A stretch of DNA of 64,000 nt from an uncultured Candidatus Binatia bacterium (GTDB lineage: Bacteria > Desulfobacterota > Binatia > Bin18), in NCBI GenBank assembly GCA_965214605.1, contig OZ243961.1, positions 960,001-1,024,000 of the forward strand, given 5' to 3'. Position 1 is the stretch's first letter. Every line of letters starts with the position of its first letter. Below are positions 27,231 to 37,898 of the stretch, one piece after another. Below the pieces are notes generated by a model. The model did not search any database. It worked only from the letters and a program-made list of their open reading frames with translations, and had not been told where the DNA came from. The translations under genes and the position numbers were made by a program.

Positions 27231-28382
27231 TCATGATGCCGGTACGTCAAAGCAAAACAAGCTGACCGCGTTGTCATAGGTCAACTGCCGCCGCTCGTTG
27301 TCAGGCACCCCGACAAACATCGTGTCCAAAAACTCCATCGACTTGGGCCAGGTTGACTCTGAATGCGGAAAATCATTCCCCCACAGCATGTTGTCAAGAC
27401 CGATGCGGTGGCGGAGCTCAACGCCCACCTCGTCTTCCTGAAAGACGGCAAACATATTACGGAACCAGTAGTCGCTCGGCAGCAACCCCTCTTTGGACTT
27501 GTAGTTGGCGTAGACCGGCCGGTTGACAGAGGTAAAGTCCATCTGTTTCAGCCAGTGCGGCGCCCACGAAATCTCGTGCTCAACAGAGCCGATCTTAATC
27601 CGGGGGTAGCGCTCACACACCCCGGCAAAAATGATGTCGGTCAAGGCGTAGCGGACCCAGTAGTCTTGGGTCGGCCGGAGCCCGGCCGGGGTGAAGGTCG
27701 AAAAGCTAAACGAGATCTCACACCCCGGGACGTTGGCCCGCTGGGTGGCCAAGTGGAGGAGCAGCGGCATCTGGTACTCTTGGGCGGCCGCCCAGAGCGG
27801 CTCATACATCAGGTCTCGATACGGCCGGCCCGGCAGCGGCGTCACGGGGACAAAGGCCCCGGCCAGTCCTAGCTTGGCACACCGTTCGAGTTCGACACCG
27901 GCCGCCTGGGGATCATCGACATTGATCATCCCGATGCCCCGCAGCCGCTGGGGATTGGCCCGACAGAACTCGGCAATCCAGCTGTTGTAAGCGGAACAAA
28001 TCCCGGACAGCAGCTCGCTGTCTTCCAGATGATACCAAAACAAGCCCTGACTCGGCTGCACCACCGCCCCCCAAATCCCATCCAGCTCAAGCTCGGCCAG
28101 CATGGCTTCGGGCTGATAGGCGCCTTCTCTGACGTCTTCCCAAATGCTGACAAAATCCAGGCCCCTGGCGTCTTCAAACCGCCGTCCGGCCTGGGTGACA
28201 GCTCCGAGCGTGGCGACCTGCACATCGCCGAGGAACCACGCATCGGCCTCTTTGCCCTCCTGGGTTGTATACCGTTTGATGAGCGGCGCTCGGCCGAGCA
28301 GCTTGGAGGGCATGCGCTGGGTATACAGATCCGGCGGTTCAACAATATGCGAATCACTCGAAATAACGGGGCAGCGTGTCAT
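27231..28382 (-). CDS. amidohydrolase-2 family protein
   Basis: ISSDSHIVEPP, YNSW, WGNDFPHSESTWP; GAGGAGG RBS. Confidence 0.9.
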   Translation of the reverse strand: MTRCPVISSDSHIVEPPDLYTQRMPSKLLGRAPLIKRYTTQEGKEADAWFLGDVQVATLGAVTQAGRRFEDARGLDFVSIWEDVREGAYQPEAMLAELELDGIWGAVVQPSQGLFWYHLEDSELLSGICSAYNSWIAEFCRANPQRLRGIGMINVDDPQAAGVELERCAKLGLAGAFVPVTPLPGRPYRDLMYEPLWAAAQEYQMPLLLHLATQRANVPGCEISFSFSTFTPAGLRPTQDYWVRYALTDIIFAGVCERYPRIKIGSVEHEISWAPHWLKQMDFTSVNRPVYANYKSKEGLLPSDYWFRNMFAVFQEDEVGVELRHRIGLDNMLWGNDFPHSESTWPKSMEFLDTMFVGVPDNERRQLTYDNAVSLFCFDVPAS

Positions 28383-28515
28383 GTGTCCCTCCTCAGTCTG
28401 GAATTGCCCATACCATGCCCCTGACTGCAACACAAGAACAGGCTGGCCTCGCTTGCATTTCCGCCTGTTTTGGGACACATGAAGAGACGCCCACGCGTCG
28501 CACAGGGAGGCTCAC

Positions 28516-29124
28516 ATGCAGCTGTACGATCATCCCCTCTCGCCGAATTGCCGTAAGGTTCGTGTCTATTGTGCAGAAAAAGGCCTCTCGCTAGCCCTGC
28601 GTCCGGTCGACCTGTTAGGCGGTGAACAACGTGGCCCGGAGTTTCTGCAGCGCAATCCGTTTGGCGCTATTCCTATTCTCGAACTTGACGACGGCACGGT
28701 CATTCCAGAATCCTTAGCGATTATTGAATATCTGGAAGAACTCCACCCTTCCCCCCCACTGCTGGGCCGCGATCCCCTCAGCCGAGCCCTGGTTCGGGCC
28801 TGGGAACGACGGGCCGAACTGGGGGTGATTCTCCAAGGTACCCGACGTTTTCTGCACTCCAGCCCATATTTTGCTGCGCGCGGAGTTGAGCAGAACCCTA
28901 AGGTCGTGGAGGAGGCAGGCGGGGTGCTCATGGCTCGCCTCAGCCTGATCGACGAGCATCTCAAAGACGCCGAATGGTTGACGGCGGCCTTTTCCCTGGC
29001 AGACGTCACCTTAATGGTCGGCCTTGACTTTATTGCCCAGTCACACTTTCAACTCAACCCGGCCTGGACGCACTTGGCGCGTTGGCACGCCAAGATGAAA
29101 CAGCGACCGAGTGCTAAGGCCTGA
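28516..29124 (+). CDS. glutathione S-transferase family protein
   Basis: SPNCRKVR, NPFGAIPIL, ESLAIIEYL, FSLADV. Confidence 0.9.
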   Translation: MQLYDHPLSPNCRKVRVYCAEKGLSLALRPVDLLGGEQRGPEFLQRNPFGAIPILELDDGTVIPESLAIIEYLEELHPSPPLLGRDPLSRALVRAWERRAELGVILQGTRRFLHSSPYFAARGVEQNPKVVEEAGGVLMARLSLIDEHLKDAEWLTAAFSLADVTLMVGLDFIAQSHFQLNPAWTHLARWHAKMKQRPSAKA

Positions 29125-29219
29125 GAGCGATGGGCAAGGCACGCGATATTGCTCTTGCAGTCTCCTAGACGTAGAAAATTCATCTCACCGGCCGAAATTC
29201 TCGTATTTATGGAGGGGAC

Positions 29220-29263
29220 TTGACATATCTTATATTTTTATTATTTTGGAAATATGGAAAATA
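29220..29263 (+). promoter_or_regulatory. ars promoter and putative ArsR operator
   Basis: TTGACA(29220)-N16-TATTTT; inverted repeat TATTTT-N10-AAAATA (29242-29263) overlaps the -10 and the ATG; AT-rich island. Confidence 0.6.
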
Positions 29264-29574
29264 AAGACACCATCAGTATCCTGTCGGCTTTGGCCCAGGA
29301 AACACGTCTCGATATTTTCCGGTTGCTGGTTCGGGCTGGAAACAAGGGTTCGGCGGCAGGCGCGATCGGACAGGCCCTCGACATTCCGGCAGCGACCCTG
29401 TCATTCCATCTTAAGGAGCTCAAGCATGCGGGCATAGTCTCGTGTCGGCGCGAGGGTCGCTCTCTCATTTACAGCGCCAACTTTGAGACGATGGAGGCCT
29501 TGCTCGAGTTTTTAACCGAAAACTGCTGCCAGGGTGTTGAGGCCCAAGACCTCTCTCATCATCCGTGCTGCTAA
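29254..29574 (+). CDS. arsR: ArsR/SmtB arsenic-responsive repressor (C-terminal CC type)
   Basis: ALAQETRLDIFRLLV, TLSFHLKEL, REGRSLIY, ENCCQG. Confidence 0.92.
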   Translation: MENKDTISILSALAQETRLDIFRLLVRAGNKGSAAGAIGQALDIPAATLSFHLKELKHAGIVSCRREGRSLIYSANFETMEALLEFLTENCCQGVEAQDLSHHPCC

Positions 29575-29599
29575 GGCTACAGAGAGAAAGGAGTAGACT

Positions 29600-30025
29600 A
29601 TGCGATTCCAACTCGCCCTCAACGTACGCAATCTTGATGAGGCCATTCCGTATTACTCCAAGCTGCTAGGCGTACCGGTCAACAAACGGAAACCCGGCTA
29701 CGCCAATTTTGCGGTCGACTCGCCTCCGATCAAACTCGTCCTGCTTGAATCCCCAGACGCGGCCGAGCGGCTGAATCACGTCGGTTTTGAGATGGAGCTA
29801 GACGAAGTCGAAGAGACACTAGAGCGCCTTGAACCCCAGGGACTGGCTGATCAGGTCATTCGGGATGAGACCTGCTGTTATGCCAGAAAGAGTACGGTGT
29901 ACTCTACAGACCCCGAGGGCTTGCTGTGGGAGTTCTACAAGTTTCAGGGCGATAGTGAGATCTTCAGGACTTCCCAAGACACGCCAACGCCCAAACCACA
30001 ACCACCGGCTCAATGCTGCCGCTAG
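29600..30025 (+). CDS. arsI: ArsI/CadI-family VOC protein (C-As lyase-like)
   Basis: QLALNV, PGYANF, LNHVGF, ETCCYA vicinal Cys, DPEG..WEFY. Confidence 0.85.
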   Translation: MRFQLALNVRNLDEAIPYYSKLLGVPVNKRKPGYANFAVDSPPIKLVLLESPDAAERLNHVGFEMELDEVEETLERLEPQGLADQVIRDETCCYARKSTVYSTDPEGLLWEFYKFQGDSEIFRTSQDTPTPKPQPPAQCCR

Positions 30026-30038
30026 AGACACAAGCGCC

Positions 30039-31274
30039 ATGGCACCTTCGACCCCTGTCGGCCCTGCAACCCGTGACATGTCCATCTTTGAACGCTACCT
30101 CAGCCTGTGGGTCGGCCTGTGCATTCTCGGCGGCATTGTCCTGGGCCGGACTGTGCCCGGGCTGGCGACCGCCCTGGATGGCATGGCGCTATACGTCGGC
30201 GATGCTCCGGTTGTTTCGATTCCCATCGCCGTGTGTCTGTTTTTCATGATGTATCCGATCATGGTCAAAATTGACTTTGCCAAAGTCGCCACAGCCAGTC
30301 GCAATGCCAAGCCGGTCGGTCTGACGCTCTTTGTCAACTGGGCGATCAAACCCTTCAGCATGTACGCCATTGCAGCCGTGTGTCTGGGGGGGCTGTTTCG
30401 GGGCTTCATCGGTCCGGAAGCGATTGACTATGTGAAGCTGCCACTCGGCTTGTCCCTGCCGGTCGGCAGTCTCTACGGGGCCGGCGAAGTGGTGCTCGTC
30501 GATGGTGTCAAGATGCTGGCTGTGCCGCTGTGGCGGAGCTATTTGGCCGGCTGTATTCTGTTAGGCGTTGCGCCGTGTACAGCGATGGTCCTGGTCTGGG
30601 GCTACCTGGCACAGGGCAATAATGGCCTGACCCTGGTCATGGTAGCCCTGAACTCGCTCACCATGCTGGTGTTGTACGGCGTGCTGGGCGGGTTTCTGCT
30701 GGGGGTCGGCCAGCTGCCGGTGCCCTGGCAGGCTCTGATGCTGTCCATCGGCGTGTATGTCGTCCTGCCGCTGCTGGCCGGGTATTGGTCGCGGCGCTGG
30801 ATTCTACAGACCAAGGGAGAAGCCTGGTTCAGCGAGCGGTTTCTGCCCCTGCTCACGCCTGTTACTATTCTGGCTCTGCTCTTGACACTGGTGGTGTTGT
30901 TCTCCCTCAAGGGTGACATGATTGGAGCCAATCCGCTGACCATTGTGTGGATTGCCATCCCGCTGTTCGTTCAGACCGTACTGATTTTCAGCCTCACCTA
31001 CGGCTTGGCCAAGTTTTTGAGACTTTCTTACCAGGACGCCGCTCCGGCGGCCCTGATTGGAGCCTCAAACCACTTTGAGGTGGCCATCGCCACGGCGACC
31101 ATGCTGTTCGGACTGTCCTCTGCCGCGGCCCTGGCCACCGTCGTTGGCGTCCTCATTGAAGTGCCGGTCATGCTGTTGCTCGTTCGCATCTGCCAGCGTA
31201 CCCAGGGCTGGTTTGCCCTGCCGGTTGCCACCCCGGCCGCCGCCCAACCCGCCGGGTATGATCTGTCGGACTGA
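30039..31274 (+). CDS. acr3: Acr3 arsenite efflux transporter
   Basis: [51 protein letters not shown]. Confidence 0.95.
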   Translation: MAPSTPVGPATRDMSIFERYLSLWVGLCILGGIVLGRTVPGLATALDGMALYVGDAPVVSIPIAVCLFFMMYPIMVKIDFAKVATASRNAKPVGLTLFVNWAIKPFSMYAIAAVCLGGLFRGFIGPEAIDYVKLPLGLSLPVGSLYGAGEVVLVDGVKMLAVPLWRSYLAGCILLGVAPCTAMVLVWGYLAQGNNGLTLVMVALNSLTMLVLYGVLGGFLLGVGQLPVPWQALMLSIGVYVVLPLLAGYWSRRWILQTKGEAWFSERFLPLLTPVTILALLLTLVVLFSLKGDMIGANPLTIVWIAIPLFVQTVLIFSLTYGLAKFLRLSYQDAAPAALIGASNHFEVAIATATMLFGLSSAAALATVVGVLIEVPVMLLLVRICQRTQGWFALPVATPAAAQPAGYDLSD

Positions 31275-31593
31275 GAGTTGTCCGCAGCCCTATGCGCCCG
31301 CCAACGCCAGTAGAGTTGTTGAGCTCGGGCCGCTTACCGCTGTCACTCCCAGGCCAAATCACAGGCAGCTTGCAAACCTAGTCATCGGCATTGCTCCAGT
31401 CGAGACGTGCTGAGGCCGGCGCATTTCGGTGGCGCAATGCCACTACAACCGCTCATGAGGGCGTCTCGCACGACTATTCAGACGCTTCGCCCACGCCGCT
31501 GCCGTCCGGTCCACAGCTTTCATACTCCCGCGTATGCTCTCCCGAGGATGCGGGGGCCTGTCCGGTGCCATTCGCTTATAGGACAAGCCAGGC

Positions 31594-32277
31594 TCAATCA
31601 AAGCCACACACCTTAGCCCCACGGACAGAGGCTGGCCTCTCGGCGCAACGCTTGTGCCAGGCCGTTACTTGGGGAAAATCGGCGTCAAGTTGTAAGGCTT
31701 CGCGTGCGCCATAGCCCCAATCCAGACAGCCGACCCAAGGGAAGGTGCAGATATCGGCGATGGTGTATTCTTCGCCAACCACATAAGACCGGCCGGCAAG
31801 CCGGGTTTCCAACACGCCAAGCAATCGCCGGACCTCAGCGGTATAGCGTTCGGTCGGGTATGGGATACGCTCTTTGGCAAACTTGTAGAAGTGGCCAAAC
31901 TGGCCGAACATTGGTCCCACCCCGGCCATCTGAAAAAACAGCCATTGCAGGCAGGCGCTGCGTCGGCGTGGATCGCTCGGCAGCAGCCGGCCCGTTTTCT
32001 CGGCCAAGTGGAGCAGGATCGCCCCAGACTCAAAGATGGCCAGCGGTTCACCGTCCGGGCCGTCGGGGTCAACAATGGCCGGAATCTTCGAGTTGGGGCA
32101 TACCTCCTTGAACTCGTCGCTGAACTGCTCGCCCTCCAGGATATTCACCTTATGCGGCTCATAGGCGAGGCCGAGCTCTTCCAGGGCGATGCTGACCTTC
32201 TGGCCATTCGGAGTCGCCAACGAGTACAGTTGGATGCGGTCGGGGTGCTGAATCGGCCATTTGGGCTCTTCGTTCAT
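31594..32277 (-). CDS. Nu-class GST / GSH-dependent disulfide oxidoreductase (YfcG/YghU-like)
   Basis: LYSLATPNGQKV, PNSKIPAI, FESGAIL, QMAGVGPMFGQ. Confidence 0.92.
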   Translation of the reverse strand: MNEEPKWPIQHPDRIQLYSLATPNGQKVSIALEELGLAYEPHKVNILEGEQFSDEFKEVCPNSKIPAIVDPDGPDGEPLAIFESGAILLHLAEKTGRLLPSDPRRRSACLQWLFFQMAGVGPMFGQFGHFYKFAKERIPYPTERYTAEVRRLLGVLETRLAGRSYVVGEEYTIADICTFPWVGCLDWGYGAREALQLDADFPQVTAWHKRCAERPASVRGAKVCGFD

Positions 32278-32497
32278 ACGGTTTTCCTCTCAGGGAGAAA
32301 GGTGTTCCAATTATCAAGCCTCCGGCTCTTGATGTCTATGACCGGGCGGCACGCTGAATGGCTCATCTTTTACAAGATCCTGCGCTCCAAGGTCTGTGCC
32401 TACAGTCTCGCCCACGGACGGGCTCAGGTCTGAAGACATCTTATCTTAGGCCGGCGCATAGGATACAACACGGCCAACACTACTTGAGGAGGACCCT

Positions 32498-33532
32498 ATG
32501 AGCAATCCAGTGAATCCCCAACTCCGCTTCGGTCTCTGGTACGACTTCCGTAATCCGCCGTCCTGGAAACGGCCGTATGATCAGGTCTATAACGAAATTC
32601 TGGACCAGATCATGTGGGGTGAGGAGAATGGCTTTGACGACGTCTGGCTGTCTGAGCACCATTTTATTGAAGACGGCTACTCCCCGGCCCTGATGCCGAT
32701 CGCCGCCGCGATTGCGGCTCGAACCACAAAGATTCGGATCGGCACCAGCGTCATGCTGCTGCCCTTTCATAACCCGGTCCGTTTGGCCGAGGACGCGGCC
32801 ACGGTTGACGTGATCTCCGGTGGACGCTTGGAACTCGGGGCGGGGGTAGGCTACAAGGTCGAAGAATTCGAGGGCTTTGCCGTATCAAGCAAGGAACGCG
32901 GGAGGCGGACCAACGAGTGTCTAGAGATCTTGGCTCGCCTGTGGCAGGGCGAAACCCTCACCTTCACAGGCAAGTACTACGAAGTGAACAACGTCAGGCT
33001 GACACCCGAACCGATTCAAAAACCGCGCCCGCCGCTGTGGGTCGGCGGTTTTACTCCACCCGCTCTACGCCGGGCGGCAAAATATGGCGACGGCTATATC
33101 GGCGTAGGATCGCTCACCGAGCACTACGAGCGCTATGTGGCGGCCCTGGAAGAGCAGGGCAAACCAAGCAGCAATCTGCGCCTGGCCGGCGGCTTCTTCT
33201 GGTTGATCGCGTCCGAAGACCCGGACAAGACCTGGCATGAAGCCGCCGATCATGTGATCTATCAGGTCAACGCCTATGCCGAGTGGTCGGCCAAGGCCGG
33301 CATGCCCCTGTTTGAAACCATTCGAGATCGGGACCACCTACGCGAGCTCGGTTTGCTGCAAGTCGTTGAAGTCGACACCTGTATCAAAATGATCTGTGAC
33401 TATGCGTCTGAAACGCCCCTGACGCACTACTACTCCTGGACGCTACCGCCGGGCTTACCGGCTAGTTGGATCCAGCCCCATTTGGAGTTGTTTGCCAAAA
33501 AGGTCATTCCCGGCGTACGTTCCGGTCGGTAA
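32498..33532 (+). CDS. LLM-class flavin-dependent oxidoreductase
   Basis: FGLWYDFRNP, WLSEHHF..DGY, NPVRLAEDAATVD. Confidence 0.92.
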   Translation: MSNPVNPQLRFGLWYDFRNPPSWKRPYDQVYNEILDQIMWGEENGFDDVWLSEHHFIEDGYSPALMPIAAAIAARTTKIRIGTSVMLLPFHNPVRLAEDAATVDVISGGRLELGAGVGYKVEEFEGFAVSSKERGRRTNECLEILARLWQGETLTFTGKYYEVNNVRLTPEPIQKPRPPLWVGGFTPPALRRAAKYGDGYIGVGSLTEHYERYVAALEEQGKPSSNLRLAGGFFWLIASEDPDKTWHEAADHVIYQVNAYAEWSAKAGMPLFETIRDRDHLRELGLLQVVEVDTCIKMICDYASETPLTHYYSWTLPPGLPASWIQPHLELFAKKVIPGVRSGR

Positions 33533-33560
33533 AATCCACGGATAAGATAAGGAGGGGTCC

Positions 33561-34172
33561 ATGTCCCGTCTGTTGGTGTCGTCCGTTTATGCGCTGGCCG
33601 TTTTTCTCTCACCCTCGCTTGCCCACGGCTCAGAATGGGCGATTGACGGTTCCCATTCCAGCGCCCAGTTTGCGGTCCGCCACTTCATGGTCTCAACCGT
33701 TCGTGGGACGTTTGGGGCGCTGAACGGTTCTGTCTCCCTGAACGAACAGGAGATCACGCAGTCCTCGGTCAGGGCCGAGATTGATGTCGCCTCAATCGAT
33801 ACCCATGAGGCGAAACGGGATGAGCATCTGAGAGGAGCGGATTTCTTTGACGTTGAGAAGCACCCCACGATGCGCTTTGTGTCCAGCAAAATAGAGCAGC
33901 TTGACGACACCCGCTATACCCTGACTGGTGATCTGACCATGAAGGGGATAACAAAACAGGTGGTGTTTGCGGTCGAAGGATCAGCCACACCGATCACCGA
34001 CCCGTGGGGGAATCAACGGCTAGGTGGCGTGGCAACGACAACCATCGACCGGACGGACTTCGGATTGAGCTATAACTCGGTGCTCGAGGCCGGTGGCGTC
34101 ACTATAGGCAATGAAGTAAAGATCACCATTGACTTTGAACTCGTCCCCAGAAAAGACGGCGTCGGGCCCTAG
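33561..34172 (+). CDS. YceI family lipid/polyisoprenoid-binding protein
   Basis: Signal peptide; IDGSHS, VRHFMVS, RDEHLRGADFF, GDLTMKG. Confidence 0.92.
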   Translation: MSRLLVSSVYALAVFLSPSLAHGSEWAIDGSHSSAQFAVRHFMVSTVRGTFGALNGSVSLNEQEITQSSVRAEIDVASIDTHEAKRDEHLRGADFFDVEKHPTMRFVSSKIEQLDDTRYTLTGDLTMKGITKQVVFAVEGSATPITDPWGNQRLGGVATTTIDRTDFGLSYNSVLEAGGVTIGNEVKITIDFELVPRKDGVGP

Positions 34173-35707
34173 CCACCTTCCTCTGACTGCCCCATCAGAT
34201 GGAGGCCGACTAAGAACACGGCAGTCAAGCCGTACATCACGCCAAAGCTCGAGGCAGCCGCGAGGCCAAACACGTTCTGGACCCCGGCCGGCGTGAGGGT
34301 GTAGGCATGAATCACGCCGCTCAGCGATAACACCGCCGCGACGGCGGTCCAGATCGCCGCGCGTAAAAACTCGCGTTCGATGACGAACACCAGAATCGCC
34401 GCCAAGACCATCGAACTCAACAAAAAGCCCTGGCTAAGGGCGATGACACCGTGGATATACAGATCGGCCCCAAATGTCGGCGCGACCTCATAGAGACTTG
34501 AGCCGGCCTTGCGGACGCTGGTCTCAACGACTTGCAGAGCCCAGGCGGCCAGGGCCGGTATGAGTCCCAAAGTCACCGCCAAAGCGTGGCGGGGCGGAAC
34601 GGTTTGAAAAGCCTGGGCGGTTATCATAATCCCAATCCACACCAGGATCCCCAGCGTCACCTCCACAGGCACGATCCGCAGGACGAGCGTCATTCCACCG
34701 GTCAGACACAGCACGGCCACCACGATCCCGTTGATCATTGAGTAGGCCGACCGAGCGCCCATCGCTTTCCAGGCCGGATGACCGATATAAATGGTGGTCG
34801 GAAAGGCGCTCCCGAACAGGGCTGCGATCAGGGTTCCAATTCCGTTGGCCAGCAGACACGGTCGCGTCTCATAGCGGTCCCCTGCCGCCTCAGCGCTCTC
34901 TAAATTTTGCAGCGAGCCAATCACGTTGAACAAGCCCATGGGGACGATGACCGACAGGTACTGCCAGCCTTCCCCACTGCTCAGGAGAGCAAACAGATCG
35001 GCCGGAACGGGCTGCGGGAGATGCACGCCGAAGGTATAGGTGTCTGGCGGTGGTTCGAACACAGACCAGCCAAAGGCGCGCAATATCCAGGCCAATCCGA
35101 CACCGGTCAGGACAGCCACGAGTCCGCCCGGCAGGCCGAGGGGCAGGGTCTTGCGAGAGGCATAGCTGACCAAAATGATCAACATCGGCAGCAGTGCGAT
35201 GGCTGGGGAGGCGAAGATCTGAAAAACAAATCCCATCGCAATAAAGGTGATGGCAATACCGGCCAGCGCGGCCAGCAAAGCCGCCCGGGGGGTATGGCGG
35301 CGCAGCCAATCGCCGACAAAAGCGCCCCCTATTTCCAGAATCCCGCTCAGAAAACACGCAAAGAGTCCGGCCTGCCAGGCCAAGACGGGATTCTTGGTGT
35401 GCTGGTAGATTGGTCCCATAATCAGAAAAAAATAGGCAAACACACTCGGGGTATTAATCCCGTAGGGCAGCGCCGTGACATCGTCCCGCCCGGTGCGTTG
35501 CATCACCTGTCGGGCTTGCCAAGCGTAAAAGGCATTGCCAAACAAGACCGACAAAGCCGCCCCGGGCAAGATCTGGCCGGTGACCAGTCCAGACGGAAAG
35601 CCACACACTGCGACTCCCAGCACGACGATCAGCATGAGCTGGATCAGGTTATCAATAAACAATCCAAAGAAGCCGTCGATATCACCACGCACAATCCGCA
35701 TAGGCAT
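34169..35707 (-). CDS. NCS2/AzgA-like purine permease
   Basis: GDIDGFFGL, TALPYGINTPS, NLESAEAAGD, PTTIYIGHP. Confidence 0.85.
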   Translation of the reverse strand: MPMRIVRGDIDGFFGLFIDNLIQLMLIVVLGVAVCGFPSGLVTGQILPGAALSVLFGNAFYAWQARQVMQRTGRDDVTALPYGINTPSVFAYFFLIMGPIYQHTKNPVLAWQAGLFACFLSGILEIGGAFVGDWLRRHTPRAALLAALAGIAITFIAMGFVFQIFASPAIALLPMLIILVSYASRKTLPLGLPGGLVAVLTGVGLAWILRAFGWSVFEPPPDTYTFGVHLPQPVPADLFALLSSGEGWQYLSVIVPMGLFNVIGSLQNLESAEAAGDRYETRPCLLANGIGTLIAALFGSAFPTTIYIGHPAWKAMGARSAYSMINGIVVAVLCLTGGMTLVLRIVPVEVTLGILVWIGIMITAQAFQTVPPRHALAVTLGLIPALAAWALQVVETSVRKAGSSLYEVAPTFGADLYIHGVIALSQGFLLSSMVLAAILVFVIEREFLRAAIWTAVAAVLSLSGVIHAYTLTPAGVQNVFGLAAASSFGVMYGLTAVFLVGLHLMGQSEEGG

Positions 35708-35740
35708 GAGCCTAGTTGTAAGGACATTCGCATACTTTTT

Positions 35741-37492
35741 CTAGCGTGAGGCCGGGGGACGCTCCGCATCTGGACGGTAGCGGAGCAAGACAAAAGCCCA
35801 CGGCCGACCTAATTTCTCGATAGGCTCTTCCTGCCAGTGGCCGTGCCGATAGCCCAGGATTTCGGTCTTCCGCTGGATTGGGACGAGATAACAGCCCGCA
35901 GCCACAGTTGCAGGCGGCCGATAGGGTGGCCACCAGAGGTCACGGACCCGAACGGCTTGCTGGATATGAAAAAGCGCTGCCACATCCGGGTCTTGGGCGG
36001 TCGTCAGCGGCTGGATCACATACACGAGACCGTGCCCGTGGACGTGCCGTACGACCTGGTCGACCACGGCCTGGGGAAATCGTGCTCGGCTCTCAACCAT
36101 CAGCCAGGAGGGCTGTATGAATCCATGAAAGATGACTAGGCCAGCGACGGCAAAGCCGAAAGCCTGGGCTAGCCACGCCCGCTGGAGCGTCAACAAGACT
36201 CCGCCGACTGCCAACCCAAACGCCGTCCAGACGCTTAGCCCGAGCCCGAGCTGGCCGTTCAGCCACTGACAGTACTGGAGCGGCTGGACAGCGGTCCGGT
36301 GGGAAAACACGGCCAAAGCTAGACGGCAGGCGGTTTGGTCATCAGACTGGCTGGAGAACAGAATAGACAGGCCGAGGCCCATGACTATCAGCTGTGCCAC
36401 ACCGACCAGCTGTATCAGAGGACGCCACCACGACCAGTCTCGGCACCGGGCCGCAAGCTTGGCCGTGGAGGTCGAGAACCACCAGGCGACTAACAGGGCT
36501 GCCGGCGGAAACATCGGAAGGAGGTAGCGGGCCCGTTTATAGGCGGCGAGATGAAAAAAAACGGCAAGCGTTGTCCACCACAGTGCCACAAAAACTGGTC
36601 CGTCTTGCCGGGATCGAAACGCCTGCCATAGCGCAATAGGTAAGAACACACTCCACGGTGCGAAACGCAAAAAGATCACATCCAGGTAGTAGAACGGGGA
36701 CATGACATCAATGCTGCCAAAAAAGCGCCCCAGATTCTCTTCTGTAATCTGGGTAGACCAAAAGTGGTGGGGCTGCCACCAGACCGCCCCGGCGTACCAA
36801 CCAAGGCCTAAAACCAGCACGAGCAGGACTGGTCCGGCTGTGCACAGCAACCGAAAAGGGGTGAGTTCACGCCGCCATACGGCAAAGGCGAGGAGCGGCA
36901 TTCCGACCAGGATCGCCCCGAGGGGTCCTTTGCTGAACACGGCTCCAAGGAGGCTAAGGGCAAAGCCGTACGGGACAAGCGGGAGCCAGACGGCCGACCG
37001 ATCTTGGCGCGGCGCGGTGTAGGTATGGGCCAGAAAAAACAGGCCGAGACTCAGGCTGACAAAAAAACAGAAGGCCATGTCAGGCCGAGCCATACGCGCG
37101 TATTCAACGTACAGAGGAGCGGTGAGCAGCATGAACGCTGCCAGCCACCCTGTCGTAGGGCTGGCCATCAGCCGCCCCACCCAGACAAGCGTGAACACTC
37201 CGCAGCCAGCCAACAGAGCCGATGGCAGGCGCACGGATAGCGCGTCCACTCCCCCATCCCGCAGCCAGACCACGGTTGATCCAAGCCAGTAGAAGAGCGG
37301 AGGTTTGCGAACGCTGGGAAAAAGCCAGTGCCCCACTCCCCGGTCGTCTGCCGAAACAAAAGCGGACAGCCGCAGACCGTCCTGGGCCTCGTTGAATCCG
37401 ACGATGTCAAAAAAACACAGCGGCACGATAAAGAGGCCGATGCTTAGCAACACGAGGGCAACAGGATAAGTGATGGGCGTGAGACGTGGCAT
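35741..37492 (-). CDS. ArnT/PMT-family membrane glycosyltransferase
   Basis: KPPLFYW, RLPSA, ARMARPD, SKGP, YKRARYLLP; multi-TM; start 37492 or 37525. Confidence 0.85.
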   Translation of the reverse strand: MPRLTPITYPVALVLLSIGLFIVPLCFFDIVGFNEAQDGLRLSAFVSADDRGVGHWLFPSVRKPPLFYWLGSTVVWLRDGGVDALSVRLPSALLAGCGVFTLVWVGRLMASPTTGWLAAFMLLTAPLYVEYARMARPDMAFCFFVSLSLGLFFLAHTYTAPRQDRSAVWLPLVPYGFALSLLGAVFSKGPLGAILVGMPLLAFAVWRRELTPFRLLCTAGPVLLVLVLGLGWYAGAVWWQPHHFWSTQITEENLGRFFGSIDVMSPFYYLDVIFLRFAPWSVFLPIALWQAFRSRQDGPVFVALWWTTLAVFFHLAAYKRARYLLPMFPPAALLVAWWFSTSTAKLAARCRDWSWWRPLIQLVGVAQLIVMGLGLSILFSSQSDDQTACRLALAVFSHRTAVQPLQYCQWLNGQLGLGLSVWTAFGLAVGGVLLTLQRAWLAQAFGFAVAGLVIFHGFIQPSWLMVESRARFPQAVVDQVVRHVHGHGLVYVIQPLTTAQDPDVAALFHIQQAVRVRDLWWPPYRPPATVAAGCYLVPIQRKTEILGYRHGHWQEEPIEKLGRPWAFVLLRYRPDAERPPASR

Positions 37493-37582
37493 AGCGTTGG
37501 GCTGACCGGCGGGGCACTGGCCCATGGACGGTCCTAGCCTATCTGTCTCCCTCGTTCCAAATCAATTGCCCGTGTCTTGTTG

Positions 37583-37616
37583 ACCCCTTGGTCTAACCAT
37601 AGTTATACCAAGGGGT
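37583..37616. promoter_or_regulatory. toxin-antitoxin operator palindrome / promoter
   Basis: ACCCCTTGGTcTAAC-cata-GTTAtACCAAGGGGT (15-bp arms, 1 mismatch) abutting ATG 37617; overlaps TTGACC-N18-TATACC. Confidence 0.7.
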
Positions 37617-37898
37617 ATGAACACGGCGATTTCGATTTCCGACGACATTTTTTGGCGGGTGAACAGCGGGCCAAACGCCTTAGCCCTTCTCGTAGGGAAC
37701 TGCCGCCGCTTCGACCAGGGTGGTGACCGCCGTGCAGGCCTTCTCTCGTAGGGAGCTACCGCCAACAGCTATATTGCCGTGTCTCGTAAAGATCACCACA
37801 ACCAGGGCGCTCCCGAGCGCTTCAACGCGGTCTATGCACGGGCAGAAGAGCCGTCTGATCTCGGCTCACGAGCTCTCTTTGTCACGGGAAGACTAGTA
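37617..37898 (+). pseudogene. decayed RHH antitoxin (MazE/ChpI-like)
   Basis: MNTAISISDDIF, frameshift in T6 run, then AGEQRAKRLSPSRREL; later ERFNAVY..EEPSDL and SLSRED*. Confidence 0.7.

Noticed and set aside
32290-32433. Possible RelE/ParE toxin remnant (WLIFYKI..AHGR)
   Set aside because: Similarity too short to distinguish from chance
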